Shown one piece after another: positions 21,701 through 34,443 of a DNA stretch of 64,000 nt. Source of the stretch: Macrostomum lignano (lineage: Eukaryota); the NCBI GenBank assembly GCA_002269645.1, contig NIVC01001039.1, positions 62,001 to 126,000 on the forward strand, read 5' to 3'. Position numbers and translations under genes: made by a program. The notes under the pieces were generated by a model, which saw only the letters and a list, made by a program, of their open reading frames with translations, made no database searches and was not told the DNA's origin. Position 1 is the first letter of the stretch. Each line of letters opens with the position of its first letter.

Positions 21701-22229
21701 TTGAGTGTATTCTTGCCTAAAATTTTATATAATTTTATTCCAAAGTTTTTTATTGCAAAAATCTATTTAGGGCTAGGCCTAGTTTAAGTTTTCACTAAAT
21801 TTGCTTTTTATATATATACTAGCAAATCATGAGACCCTTACTGAAGTCCTTACTAATGTTAAATCTGTCTAGACTAGATTGGGATCTATAGGCCTAATAA
21901 AAAAGAAAGTTTGATATAAAATGGCATTAGATTAAGTTTTTACTTTACTTTAAATTTGAATAACATATACCTTATCCTTAGTTACTACTCCTTTGGAGGA
22001 TCTCCTCTTCACTATATAATGGATGGTAGGTCTTTATTATTGACAATACTGTTATACATACAAAAAATTTATTCAGAGTTTAGACTTAGGGCCTAGGCCC
22101 ATGCCACATTGTCAATTGACATTGTTATTAGGCCCTACATCATTAGGCCTAATTAACCTAGCTCTATAATAATGTAATGTTTAAATGACTAAAAACAAGA
22201 CAGTACAGTAGTACTAGTATACAATAGGC
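18705..22229. other. AT-rich tract with no CpG found by eye; probably decayed repeats
   Basis: No CG dinucleotide seen over ~3.5 kb; abundant ctag, aggcct and tata. Confidence 0.8.
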
Positions 22230-22754
22230 GGCACTGCCGCAGGCTTCGACCAAGGCCCTAGCTTTGTATCCGCCATAAACTACAAATAGATTGTAAGACT
22301 GTCGAATATGATGACATGACACAACAAATGAATGAATGATGTATTTGAATGCTTGATAACAATGTATAACGATAGGTTTGCGCGACTTGAAGTAATGATG
22401 CAATAACACTAGGCTAGCAAAGTAAAAATTCTTTTCTGCTATTAAAAATGGCCTGTACAAGACGACATGCTTCGATTGATCCCGCTGCGGCCCACCGGCG
22501 CTAAGACCGCGGCGTCGGCTCTGATCAAATTATCTTTTTTGTACAAACAATTGCTTAAAGATTTCTTTAATCAACATACATTTATGCAATAAAACAAACC
22601 TATATACAAAAAACAATTGTTTTTACTTTTTGCTACAGATTTAATTACCTATTTATAGTTACATTAAAATTAACTTTTTTAATTTAAAAAACCTTACATA
22701 AACCCTTTAGTTTAAGCTATTCTAAGAAAATTAGCTGAATGTCAGGACTCAGGA

Positions 22755-25307
22755 CCCTAGATGAAGTTCTGTTCACTCATTCTTGGCAGATCTGTTCTTA
22801 CTTAAATTTCTTAACAGATCTGTGAATTTTGGTTAACATTCTTAACAGATCTGTTTTTACTTAAATCTCTTAGCAGATCTGTATCTGCTTTTGTCTTACA
22901 AGATCTTACTGCAAATCTTTGCAAGCCATTTTTTATTGTTTGGTACGTTAAAAACTTTCGTGATTTTTTAGAAAATACTTCTTAGGTAAAGAGAAAACAA
23001 AATTTCCAACTGTATATCAGAAAAAAGACTTTCATATATTTTCACATTTTTCTGCTGGATCTTGTCAGATCAGTTCTTGCAGATCTGTACAGACCAGTTT
23101 TGAAAAGTGTCTGAATTGTTTTTTCCACAAAATATTTAACTTAATAGTAATTACGTTTGTTTAATGATTTTTATTTATTTTAGTTGTTCTTTTGGCAGCC
23201 AACAGTAAATGAATTTGTTTAAATATTATTTCCGCAGTTCTGAACATAGTGCACCCATATGGTTGGAATTCTCGCTCTTGCAATTTATCCATCCATCTCA
23301 GTTCTTTCTTTTGACTTAGCCGAATACGTAATTTTTAATTCCTTAAATTGTTTCATAGTGTGGTATCACTATTTTTTAGCCATAATAACTTTGTTGATTG
23401 AGTATAGCTATGGCTTTAAATGAAGAGCAGATCGCGTCATCAATTAAAAAAAAGTTTGACATAATTGACAGACTGACTATAAAATGTATGCTATATATAT
23501 ATCTATATCTATATATATATCTAGGCTTGTCTCCTACTCCCAGGCCTATAAGTATGAGTAGGCCTAGGCCTATGACTTTGTTCTATGCTTTAATAAAAAC
23601 AGAATGCATGTCTAGACCTAGCGATATTGTCCATTAATAATTCATTATTCCATTACCATTAATAATTCAGAAATTCAGTTACATAGATCAGTATTTTTGT
23701 AGTCTTTTGCATTTCATTAGGCCCTATATTATATTTATACATACATACCTAGTTCTAGCCCCTAGGCTAGGGCTAGGCTAGTTCTAGTGACCTAGCTAGT
23801 AAGTAAATCTTAATTAAATAGGTCTACTTTGTTTTTGTTTGTTTTATAAATGCTTATCTAGATTTATAAATAGGTAGACTGACATATCTATAAAACTTGG
23901 TTTTAATCCCTCCTTGATTTTAAACACTTAGGTTAAGAGTGTAATGTCTACTTTTAGTAAATAGTGTTATAACTAGGCTTATCATTTTTATTTTAAAATA
24001 AAATAGGCCCTATTCTACTAAAAATTGTAATTGCTATATAGGGTATAGTTTTTATGAATTATAATTAAACCTGGATGCTTAAATATAGGCTTATGGTTGT
24101 TAGAAAGTTATCTTAAGCCTTGACCTACTATTTGAAGAATATATATAGGCATATTAAAATCTAAAAGTATTTATGCTAGATAGGCCTAGATGAATAATAT
24201 GAAAAATATAGAGTAGAAGAAAAACATAGGTCTAAATTTAATTAGACCATAGAACTTTTACAAAAGTTATTATTCTAACTATTTAAAAATATAACAACAA
24301 TATTTGTTTTATATTTTAGTTATTTTGAATTGAATATTAATGTTTATAATCCCAGAACTTTACTACAATTTTCCCTTTCATTCATGCTACTTTACATGGT
24401 CAATATGGCATTACTACTTATGGGTTCCAAGCTTGTCTTTATACCAAGTGGCAAAGTGGCAAGCATCCTATGATTGCTAAAAGAAAAAATGAAGCCAGCC
24501 TAAAGTAAAAATGCAACATGATAAAGAGCCCTAAATTATTACTAAGAGCTCTTATAGACCTACTTTTATTGATAACAAAGTAAGCTTTCTAGCAATATTG
24601 ACTTTAAAATCTTTCAGTACTGGACTCTTTCAGTTTCAATTATTTGCAAACCAATTTAATTGTACATTGTAGTAAAAGATGCACCTGGTTTTTTTTCAAA
24701 TGTTTCTGCTTCTATTTTTTAGTTGCTAAAAGTATTGCTCACCCTAATTTCATTAGTCCATTGTACCATTAGTATTTCTTCTATTGAATGTGTGCTTAAC
24801 TTTTGTTTTGAAGTTGACTTATTTTTTGCTTGTGCTATTTCCCTTGTGCATACAAGTTTTATTTCATGAGCATATGTGTATTTGTTTACATTTTCACAAA
24901 TAAATATGTCTACTTTATTTTGATTGTTCAATGACATTTGCTTTTGTTCTGGCAGCTTACTAGCACAATACTAAAAGTGCAGAATCAAATAAGAAAGTCC
25001 TGTCATAACTCGTGTTCTTTATTGGAATTAGATTAGTGCATTGGGGTTTTATAAATGGATTACTAAACAGATCTGGGAAGATTTGATAAGACGGACAATG
25101 CATTCAATTGGTAAAGCTTAATACATCTTACAAGATCTGCCCAGATCTTCTAAGATCTGCTTGTGCAGACCGTGCAAGATCTTCCTGCAGATCTTGTAAG
25201 TTCTGCCTATATATTTAAATAGTGCAGATCTGTTACGTTCTTGCAAGAACGTAGCGAGAAGCTCCAGACAGATCTGCTAAGAAATGGCATGACGATTTCA
25301 TCTAGGG
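22755..25307. mobile_element. Non-autonomous CACTA/EnSpm(CMC)-like element
   Basis: TIR CCCTAGATGAA ... TTCATCTAGGG, 2-bp TSD GA (22753-54 and 25308-09), subterminal cagatctg/aagatctt repeats at both ends, decayed interior. Confidence 0.75.
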
Positions 25308-25834
25308 GAGTTAAGCAGACTTTTTACCTCATGGACCAGCTTCAGCTAGATAAAGAATCTAGCTCATGGCTGCGAGTCAGATGAGAGGGGGAAGGAGAGG
25401 GAATAGAAGAGTTAAATGAAAATGCATGCCCTGATTAGGGTTCATCTTTGGTATCCAAAAATTAAATCTTGAACTCTTGAGAATAAGATTTTAACTTCCC
25501 GTTACGTCTGAAATGTTTATTCACAATGCAGTTTCTTGCATTCATTTTTTGTGGTATTGATTCGTAAGAATATTTGGTAAAATATCATATATAAAAATCA
25601 GCAACCCTGCTTTTACTTGACTCGTACAGGAATGAATTACAGGTAGCTGCAGGGGGTCCGGGCATCGATGCAGCGTGCAGCGAGGAGGCGCGTTACATTG
25701 CCGCCAATTTCGCTACCCTGGGCGAATTAGAACCATCGGCGTGCGCATTTAATGATGATGTTGATAAGGATAATAATTAAAAAGAATAAAAAGAATAATA
25801 AAAAAGTTAGAAACGAAGAATTGGGGTCTATGAC

Positions 25835-26040
25835 ATTTGCTAGCAGGTAATCTGCTAGCCGAAGTTTGCTAGCCGAAATCTGCTAGCCGAGGTTTGCTAG
25901 CCGAAATTTGCTAGCTGAAGTTTGCCAGCAGGAATTTTGCTAGCAAGGATTTAGCTAGCCGAAATCTGCTATCGAGAATCCACCAAAACCGGCAAGCAGC
26001 AATTTGGCTAGCCGAACTCAGGCAGTTGTAGTTAGCTAGA
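25835..26040. repeat. Short degenerate tandem repeat (tgctagccgaa core)
   Basis: About 10 copies of the core; possibly a truncated MITE end. Confidence 0.7.
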
Positions 26041-26949
26041 GACAATTTTGCTTGTCCAATTTCCCAAGAATTTCACTAAATCCTCTATAGCGTCGCTCCA
26101 CTTTTACCAATCCTCTTCAAATTGGACACAATCAATTTTCAACTATTTTGACACAATCGTATAAAGTTTAGAGTCTCGAAGTTAATTCTGAACGGTACTG
26201 TGTACTTTTAAAGTTAGTCTGCTTTTCGTAAGCGAGACAGCCACCCCAACCTCCGCCTCTCTCTCCTTCCTGGCCACTGGACAGATGTGTGTGAAAGGCC
26301 GTTTAAAATTAACTAACTTTCATGCAGCTGGCATTAAGTTTGCTCCACGTACAGCGATTGACTTCAAACTTGATACAATTCTTCATTGACTCATTATCTA
26401 GCTAAATATACATGTAGTCTCAACTTTGTACCTCAATTAGGACAGAAACTGTAGGCAAGTGAAGTTTGTCTGCTTTTTCTGTTGTGCCTCTCATCGGACT
26501 CATCCAGCTCATTCCCCCAGAGCAAGGATCAGGTGATAGGGCTTAATGTACATAGCAAATGTACAGTGCATGTTTTGGAATAACTTTATTAGAGTATTCT
26601 GTCCCCCACAATGACAGACTTTCCAAGCACTTGAACTGATGCTGATGCTTTTAGTTATAAAATATTTGGGATTTTTTACCCACTTCGATCTCTGAATTTT
26701 TTAGCCAAAACCACGCATTACCATTGCCAGAAAACAAGCAATCTTTTGACACCGGTTGCAACAAGTTCGGTCAGCATATTTTCTTTATATCTGGGTCACG
26801 TGTACATGTACACGCATGTATAGCTGCGAACGAAAAACTGAGTTTAAAGATCGTAATGTGTTACGTACTTTTTAGTAAGTGACGTGCGCAAGAATTTTAA
26901 TTGAAGTAACCTGGATGCGAAACTCTAACTGAGGCACCAATATCTGATT

Positions 26950-27660
26950 TCTTGGTGGGCGCCCCTGTCTCTTGATGGGCGCCCCTGTCTCTTGATGGGC
27001 GCCCCTGTCTATTTGGTGGACGCCCCTGTCTATTTGGTGGGCGCCCCCGTCTCTTGGTGGGTGCCCCTGTCTCTTGGTAGGCGCCCCCGTCTCTTGGTGG
27101 GCGCCCCTGTCTCTTGGTGGGCGCCTCCGTCTCTTGGTAGGCGCCACTGTCTCTTGGTAGGCGCCACTGTCTCTTGGTAGGCGCTCCTGTCTCTTGGTGG
27201 GCGCCCCCGTCTCTTGGTGGGCGCTCCTGTCTCTTGGTGGGCGCTCCTGTCTCTTGGTGGGCGCCCCTGTCTCTTGGTGGACGCCCCTGTCTCTTGGTGG
27301 GCGCCCCCGTCTCTTGGTGGGTGCCCCTGTCTCTTGGTGGGTGCCCCTGTCTCTTGGTAGGCGCCCCCGTCTCTTGGTGGGCGCCCCTGTCTCTTGGTGG
27401 GCGCCACTGTCTCTTGGTGGGCGCCCCCCTGTCTCTTGGTAGGCGCCCCTGTCTCTTGGTGGGCGCCCCTGTCTCTTGATGGCGCCCTGTCTCTTGGTGG
27501 ACGCCCCTGTCTCTTGGTGGACGCCCCTGTCTCTTGGTGGGCGCCCCTGTCTCTTGGTAGGCGCCACTGTCTCTTGGTGGGCGCCCCTGTCTCTTGGTAG
27601 GCGCCACTGTCTCTTGGTAGGCGCCACTGTCTCTTGGTAGGCGCCACTGTCTCTTGGTAG
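26950..27660. repeat. Minisatellite, 21 bp (ggcgcccctgtctcttggtgg/tag)
   Basis: Tandem array. The long ORFs here are repeat translations. Confidence 0.95.
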
Positions 27661-28065
27661 GCGTCCCTCTGCGTGCGCCGCCGCGCTCACTAGAACACAA
27701 TGGTTGTTCCACTCTAGATTCCAAGCTAGAACTGCTAAACGATCAGCAGAGTAGAAGAGCTGAGTCATGATTGGCTGTCCAATTCCTTTCATAGAAAACT
27801 GCAGCAGGCGTGCAGAAACAAGTGCGGACATGTGGGCGGAATTGATGCAGCCGGCTCAATAATCAAGTAAAAATGCAGCCGCTCATTCCTCGCCCATGAT
27901 CTGGCCCATGGCAACCGGTCCATCTGCATTGTCTTGTCTCGTTTTATGCCGAAGCAAATTTAAATTTGGAAATTTCTCTCCCAGCTCTTTTCGTTACCCG
28001 CCTGCTGCATGCTTTTACTATAGGAAACAATTCTTTTGTTGTTTGTTTTGTAAAAAGCTGCAATC

Positions 28066-28136
28066 ATGTCGACATCGACGCCGTCACCCACTCCGAGCAC
28101 TTCGCTGACCATGCGGCAGATCCAGCAGGCCACTCA
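28066..28136 (+). CDS. Possible first coding exon of an unresolved gene (MSTSTPSPTPSTSLTMRQIQQAT)
   Basis: GC-rich ATG-initiated segment ending at a GTGAGT donor (28137) and followed by an intron-type minisatellite. No downstream exon could be assigned. Confidence 0.35.
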
Positions 28137-28249
28137 GTGAGTGCCGGTCTTTTTGCGAACACTGTGCAATGCACCTGTGCCATTTCCATTTCTTGTTGCT
28201 ATGCTGTTTTTTTACGCTCCGTAGCTGCTCAAATACCAATGTGCTGCTC

Positions 28250-28935
28250 ACACACCAGTGTAGCTGCTCACACACCAGTGTAGCTGCTCACACAGCAGTG
28301 TAGCTGCTCACACAGCAGTGTAGCTGCTCACACAGCAGTGTAGCTGCTCACACAGCAGTGTAGCTGCTCACACAGCAGTGTAGCTGCTCACACACCCCCC
28401 AATGTAGCTGCTCACACACCAGTGTAGCTGCTCACACACCAGTGTAGCTGCTCACACAGCAGTGTAGCTGCTCACACAGCAGTGTAGCTGCTCACACACC
28501 AATGTAGCTGCTCACACACCAATGTAGCTGCTCACACACCACTGTAGCTGCTCACACACCACTGTAGCTGCTCACACAGCAGTGTAGCTGCTCACACACC
28601 ACTGTAGCTGCTCACACACCAGTGTAGCTGCTCACACAGCAGTGTAGCTGCTCACACACCACTGTAGCTGCTCACACACCAGTGTAGCTGCTCACACACC
28701 AGTGTAGCTGCTCACACAGCAGTGTAGCTGCTCACACACCAATGTAGCTGCTCACACACCAGTGTAGCTGCTCACACACCAGTGTAGCTGCTCACACACC
28801 AGTGTAGCTGCTCACACACCAGTGTAGCTGCTCACACACCAATGTAGCTGCTCACACACCAGTGTAGCTGCTCACACACCAGTGTAGCTGCTCACACACC
28901 AGTGTAGCTGCTCACACACCAGTGTAGCTGCTCTC
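28250..28935. repeat. Minisatellite, 20 bp (tgtagctgctcacacaccag)
   Basis: Tandem array. Confidence 0.95.
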
Positions 28936-29369
28936 ACCTGTGCCATTGCAGTATTGTATATATTATAAAAGTATTTCTATATGTTGAAATTTTGAGCAAA
29001 TGTCGAAACCATTGAGAAGACTATTTGCTTTGAGACTGAATCACAATGGGGGGCTCAGACTCATGGCAGATTGTATTATCTTTTGGCCTACAAAATCAGA
29101 CAAAGAGAATACATTTTTCCTGAGCATATGGTTCCGACAGTTGAATATGCTCTCTTTGCAGCTTCACATTTTTTGCACACGCGAAGGCTCAGTTCCGCCG
29201 TTTGCAGCTATGAATAAACGAGGCTGAGAAGGACAATAGAAATTGAATACAGAATGCAGGACTACACAGGTAGCTGCGTATTAGGAACATTGACATGGAG
29301 GTTGTAGAGAGACAAAGTGGAGTTCAACAGGAAGAGATTGGGAGTGAATGAGAAAATGAGAATAGAGAT

Positions 29370-29800
29370 AAGGGAGTCGTAATATGGAGAAGAGAGATGG
29401 AACTGAGAATAGATATAAGTGAGCTGAGAAATGGAGAAGAGAAATGAAGATGAGAGTAGAGATTAGAGGAATGAGATAGGAGATGAAATATGTAAAGGAG
29501 AGTAGAGATAAAGGGAATGAGATAGGAGATGAAATATGTAAAGGAGAGTAGAGATAAAGGGAATGAGATAGGAGATGAAATTTGTAAAGAAGAGTAGAGA
29601 TAAGGGGAATGAGATTGGAGATGAAATATGTAAAGGAGAGTAGAGATAAGAGGAATGAGATAGGAGATGAAATATGTAAGTAAATGAGAGTAGAGATAAG
29701 GGGAATGAGATAGGCGATGAAATATGTAAAGGAGAGTAGAGATAAGGGGAATGAGATAGGCGATGAAATATGTAAAGGAGAGTAGAGATAAGGGAGCCGA
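29370..29800. repeat. Purine-rich tandem repeat, ~45 bp (gagtagagataaggggaatgagataggagatgaaatatgtaaagga)
   Basis: Tandem copies degrading leftwards. Confidence 0.9.
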
Positions 29801-31498
29801 GATACAGTGTATAGAAAAGTGAGAATGTTGATTATTAAGGGTTGTAATAGCCTTAATTTTCTATTAGTTTCATAAGTTTCATTAGTTTCATCATGTCAGG
29901 CAGAAGCTGCGGGCACTCTGCAGAGATGGAAGACACTGCAGCTACAGACTCTTCACTTTCTCAGGCACTCTATATAGCGGCAGCTACAGGGAGAGATGGA
30001 GGAGTGAGAAGAGGTGATGAGAGTAAGGATGCTGAATGTACTCAAACTAGCTTAAACAAAGTATCGGTTTTAATCTAATTAGAAGGCCCAAACAGAAGCC
30101 ATACAGATGTAGTAGTACAGAATCTTGCTTTTCTACACAATTGCCTTTTTTCTCTGCAAAGTCCCCGGAAAAAGATGAACTTTTCTGAAAAAAGTTTACT
30201 CTGAATTGTGATGGGTTTCGACCTTCGGGCTCCTTGTTAGGGAAGCCTTCCAGCCTCAGGCTCAGAAATAAATCAATTAGAGACCTGGCCCCCCACTCCT
30301 GTCAGATGGTCAGCCCCATGGTAGCTTGATCGTGTGGCGAGCAGTCTAGGTCCTATAGACTCCTATCGTAGCTAAGAGAGGGACAGCGAGAGACGAGCAG
30401 GGAGAATTTTGAAAGTAGAAATTAGCTAATCCGCAGATCAACTAACTTGCTGCCACCAGCCCGTGCGCCCTGGCTCACCACACCGGGACTCTCGAAATCG
30501 GGCTTCCGACTAGAAGGGGCTTTGCACTTACCTGCCAACTAGTGTCTTTTTGCTGTCAATCTCGAAGTCATAGCCGATGATAAGGGACACTGCTGGGACT
30601 AGATCGCGTTGGCCGTGCAGGTACAGAGGGGACTTGTGCAGGGGATTCTTGCGGTGGCGAGTCTATGGGGTAGCTACATGTACTATTACATTGCTAAATA
30701 CGAAGATATGTACTTTTAGCCTTCAACGCGCCAACTAGCCTCTCATAGCGCTGATGATAGGCTAACTCGAACTTCAGAGACCGCATGATTCATTTACCCG
30801 AGCCGCTTGGCTACCCTAGAGTGCACAAAGTACATCTCTGGCGCCGATTCTGCACTTTTGGCAGTTTTGCTCACTGATTTGTTAGATTGGTCGACTGAGA
30901 ACTGCCTTGCCATTGGTCCACTGTGACCGGCGCCTACTAGCTTAGCTACTCATCTGAGCCATCGGCGAACAAAGAAATAAAGCCGACAAAGATAACTGTT
31001 AGATTTAACCTTCTCCTTAGTTCTCTTCACACTTCAGATCGAATTGGAGTCTTAGACTACTAGCAGTATTATTGAATGATTTCTGCCTCAGCAACAGCAC
31101 TACTGAACAAAATGAGCAAAAGTGTGCGCCTAATTCAGCTACTGCAACAGGGGACAGAAAAGGGATCACCCAATCAAGCAAGTCTAGGTAGCCTCTCACC
31201 CAACCAATCAGAAACTCAACAGCAGGAGACCAGGTATTCCACAGTGACCGAATCGGCTCGATGCTCTGCAGCTGTAGACTCGGGATGATGCTGTCACAAT
31301 CTTCGCTGTTAGCTAGCAGGTGATGCTCTTAACTGGATGTTCGCTGCTGTCGACCGGGGGACTCGTCCTTGATGATGATGGGGGAAGTTGCAATCCGGGG
31401 ATCAAGAAACGACGGTCGTGCTCCGGGAACCAGAAGTTGCGCGCTGGGCCCGAGCCAAAGTAAGAAGAAGTTGAGTCCGAGCGGGCCAAAAACTCCGG

Positions 31499-31631
31499 TT
31501 TAAATAGCCGCCAACTGGACCGCAGTTTGTTATAACGGAACACGTCGATTCTGATTGGCCGAGCCGTTTTGTTAAAGTGAGCGCCGAATTTTCTGATTGG
31601 CTAAGCTCGTTGCCACCCAGAATCACGTGAC
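31499..31631 (-). promoter_or_regulatory. Leftward Pol II promoter-like cluster: E-box, two CCAAT boxes, TATA-like element
   Basis: ATCACGTGAC at 31622-31631; CCAATCAGAA twice on the minus strand (ATTGG at 31554 and 31596); TATTTAAA on the minus strand at 31499-31506. Confidence 0.5.
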
Positions 31632-34443
31632 CGAGAGATCCTATCAGTTCCCACAGGGTCGTAAAAAGATGACAGGTGCGGCCATAAATCACTCAAAATC
31701 GCAACAAAATGATTTATGACTTTTCGCGTAGGATTGACAGAAATTAATGAAAAAATATACATTAGAAAGCTCTTATTAAATAGAAAGTGAAGATAATGAA
31801 GAGAAATCGCTAATCGCTAATCCCAAGGTACTTTTAGGGGTAAAACGCATAGCTGTCAAAGCTGTCACACGCTTGAGTGAATCCGAACAATAGGCTCTGA
31901 CCTCATAAATCTTGATGGCCTGTCAAAATGATGAGAAAAAAGCTACCGCCCGCATCCTCTCAGACCATCTGGCGCCCGCTTCAACACTGAGTGAGGCGCA
32001 GGTGGCTGTCAGATCAGCTTCGAAAGCGATGATTTATGACCCAAAAAGCTGCGCCTATGTTATTATGACTACTAGTATGGCCAGACATTATATCTAGTAT
32101 AGATTCTATGAAAATTCGCAGAAAAAGGATAAAAATGCCCACTGCCCACTGTTAGTAGGCAAGTAAGTTTAGAGCCCATGTGCTAGCGCGGGATTTGGGA
32201 AAAAGTGCGTCCTCATCAATTGAGAGAAGTAAACATTACAGACTGCAATTAAGCACGTACATTCAGTGCATGCATTCTTAGCCATTGTATGCGCAGAGCT
32301 ACGCAAGATCACAATAAACGGCACGCACACTTATTGTCTCCATTTAGTTTGGCAAATTTACACAATTGGGCCTCCTTTTGGTCATGGGGATCTTTAATGC
32401 CCCCCGCAGCCATGCATTGCTATATTGTTGCACAATATGGCTTGTGTCTTTTCATTGACGCTTTGCCCCGGCTTATTATTGTCGCCAGAAAAGAGTATAC
32501 AAAAATACATGTAATATGCTTCTATAGTAACGCCAAACCAAAATTTCCGGTACGTCATTTTATACCAAGGGTTTTTGACAGAGCTGGAACCATGCAGCAC
32601 ACGCGGTTACAGTTGCAAAAGACGGCCGCAGAGTCTGAGAAAGCTGATGACAGGCTTTTACATGTATATAAATGTATAGTAATATGGGTGAAAACTTTTG
32701 CAGTGCCTCCTCGTATGCATGAAATAACATAACATATGCATGTACATTTTATTATACATATACATGTTTGACCATTTAATTCTTTATTATCACTGCGGAC
32801 ATATGATCTCGTGCACCCTGACTTCCCCTGGATGGTTTCCCCTTTCAGATAAAGCAATGATATCAAATTTCAACGGAGGTATAAGTGCCTCCCAACGTAC
32901 GATCCCCTCAAGCCCAGGGAGGCAGCTGTTTGATCCCAGCTCTGCCCCTGCATGACTTGCAGGCGCTTGAGCTGATCCATCCAGGCTGCTGGTGCCTGCC
33001 CCTCCCGCCTGTTCTGCGAGCGCTTGCGCGCAAGGGGCCTCCCCTCTTCGTCTTAATTGCACTACGTGTACACTGAAACACTGGAAAAATAGTTGGTAAT
33101 TCAACACTTGTTGTTTTCCTTTCATCCAACTCCAACTTCTAAGAATAAAAGGCTTTGATTATTCCTAGAAAATCCAGCATAGGATAAAAGAGAATTTTAT
33201 CAAATTGTATTTTAATATCGAAACCAGACCCATGGATTTCCTAAAACAAATTTTAAATTTTTAAACGAGCAATAAAAAAGAAACTCTGGGTGTTATAACC
33301 AAGATTCAAGTTTTAAGTTTTAATTTACAAGTTATACAGAGTTTAACGCGATAATAGAGATATTTAGTTACATAATTTAGTAATTGTTTGTTTAAAACAT
33401 TGCTAAGGTAAAGTTTACATTTTCTTCTTTTAAAAGCAACCGATCTGTGCGTTTTTTCTACGAAGGACTTGATGTACGTAATTTAATATTTATTAACTAT
33501 TAGCGTCTTAATCTTAATCTAGCCCTATTCTACTAAAGATCTGTAGATTTGCTTTGCTAAAGAGTTGTACTTCATATTTATATTGGGTCAACTTAACGGT
33601 TTATATTGAGAAGAGCAAAAAAGGCATACCTGTTCCCTGTATTTGGCTGTATATTATTTAAATTCAGTCCATTGTCGGTCGCTTATGAGCAGTAGAATAA
33701 CGTGTTGTTGGGCCCTTTAGGCTGTAGTTTTAATATGACTTCAAATCCTAGAATTTTTATTGTTTCGTTTAAAATGAAGTAGTATTTTTGCTACCTGCTT
33801 CAGCTTTTCTTGAATAAGATTAACGTGAAACCAATACTGGAAACAAACGTAATGACTTATACTATCACGGCCACGGCACGAATATAGAGTAGACTATTGA
33901 AAACTTAAGATTTTATATATCTAATATTAACTTAGACACAAGAATTTTTAATGCGATATTTCATACGTTTCATACAGATAGCGAAGACTAAGAGATAAAT
34001 TGTATGCAAGTTTAAGTGTGTAAAGTGTAAGCCTATTTCATAGAGTATATTTCGTATTTTGCTGCACAATAAAGTCTCATTGTCACTTTGATCTTAATTG
34101 AATCATAATATGCCTAAATCACCAAAATTACTTACATTACTTGAATCAAAAATGGCAGAAATTTCGTGAATTAAAAATTAGTTTCAATTAATAATACTAA
34201 ATTGTAGTGATGGAATTAGTATGCTGATTGGTTTTATTTATATATATTACTGACTTTTTGGCTTAAGATTTTTTTACTTAAAGTACTATTATCCATATGA
34301 CAAAAATGGGTAGCATCTTGGCTGCCTTGGATAGATTCACAAATTTATCTATGGATGGTTATGCATTTTTGTTTGACTGAGAGTGTTGCATAAAATAATT
34401 AACAATGCTGTAAACAATTTACAGGGTCGCTAAAAAACTAAAA

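Noticed and set aside
25640-25780. GC-rich patch reading PGIDAACSEEARYIAANFATLGEL (vaguely HhH-like)
   Set aside because: Single short segment, weak resemblance, no linked exons.
27660-27990. Minus-strand pseudogene-like frame with two TGA stops
   Set aside because: No family recognised; it overlaps the probable upstream region of the 28066 exon.
32289-33135. Overlapping 60-150 aa ORFs on both strands
   Set aside because: Possibly one real exon (32790-33070, minus strand), but no motif or splice chain could be established.
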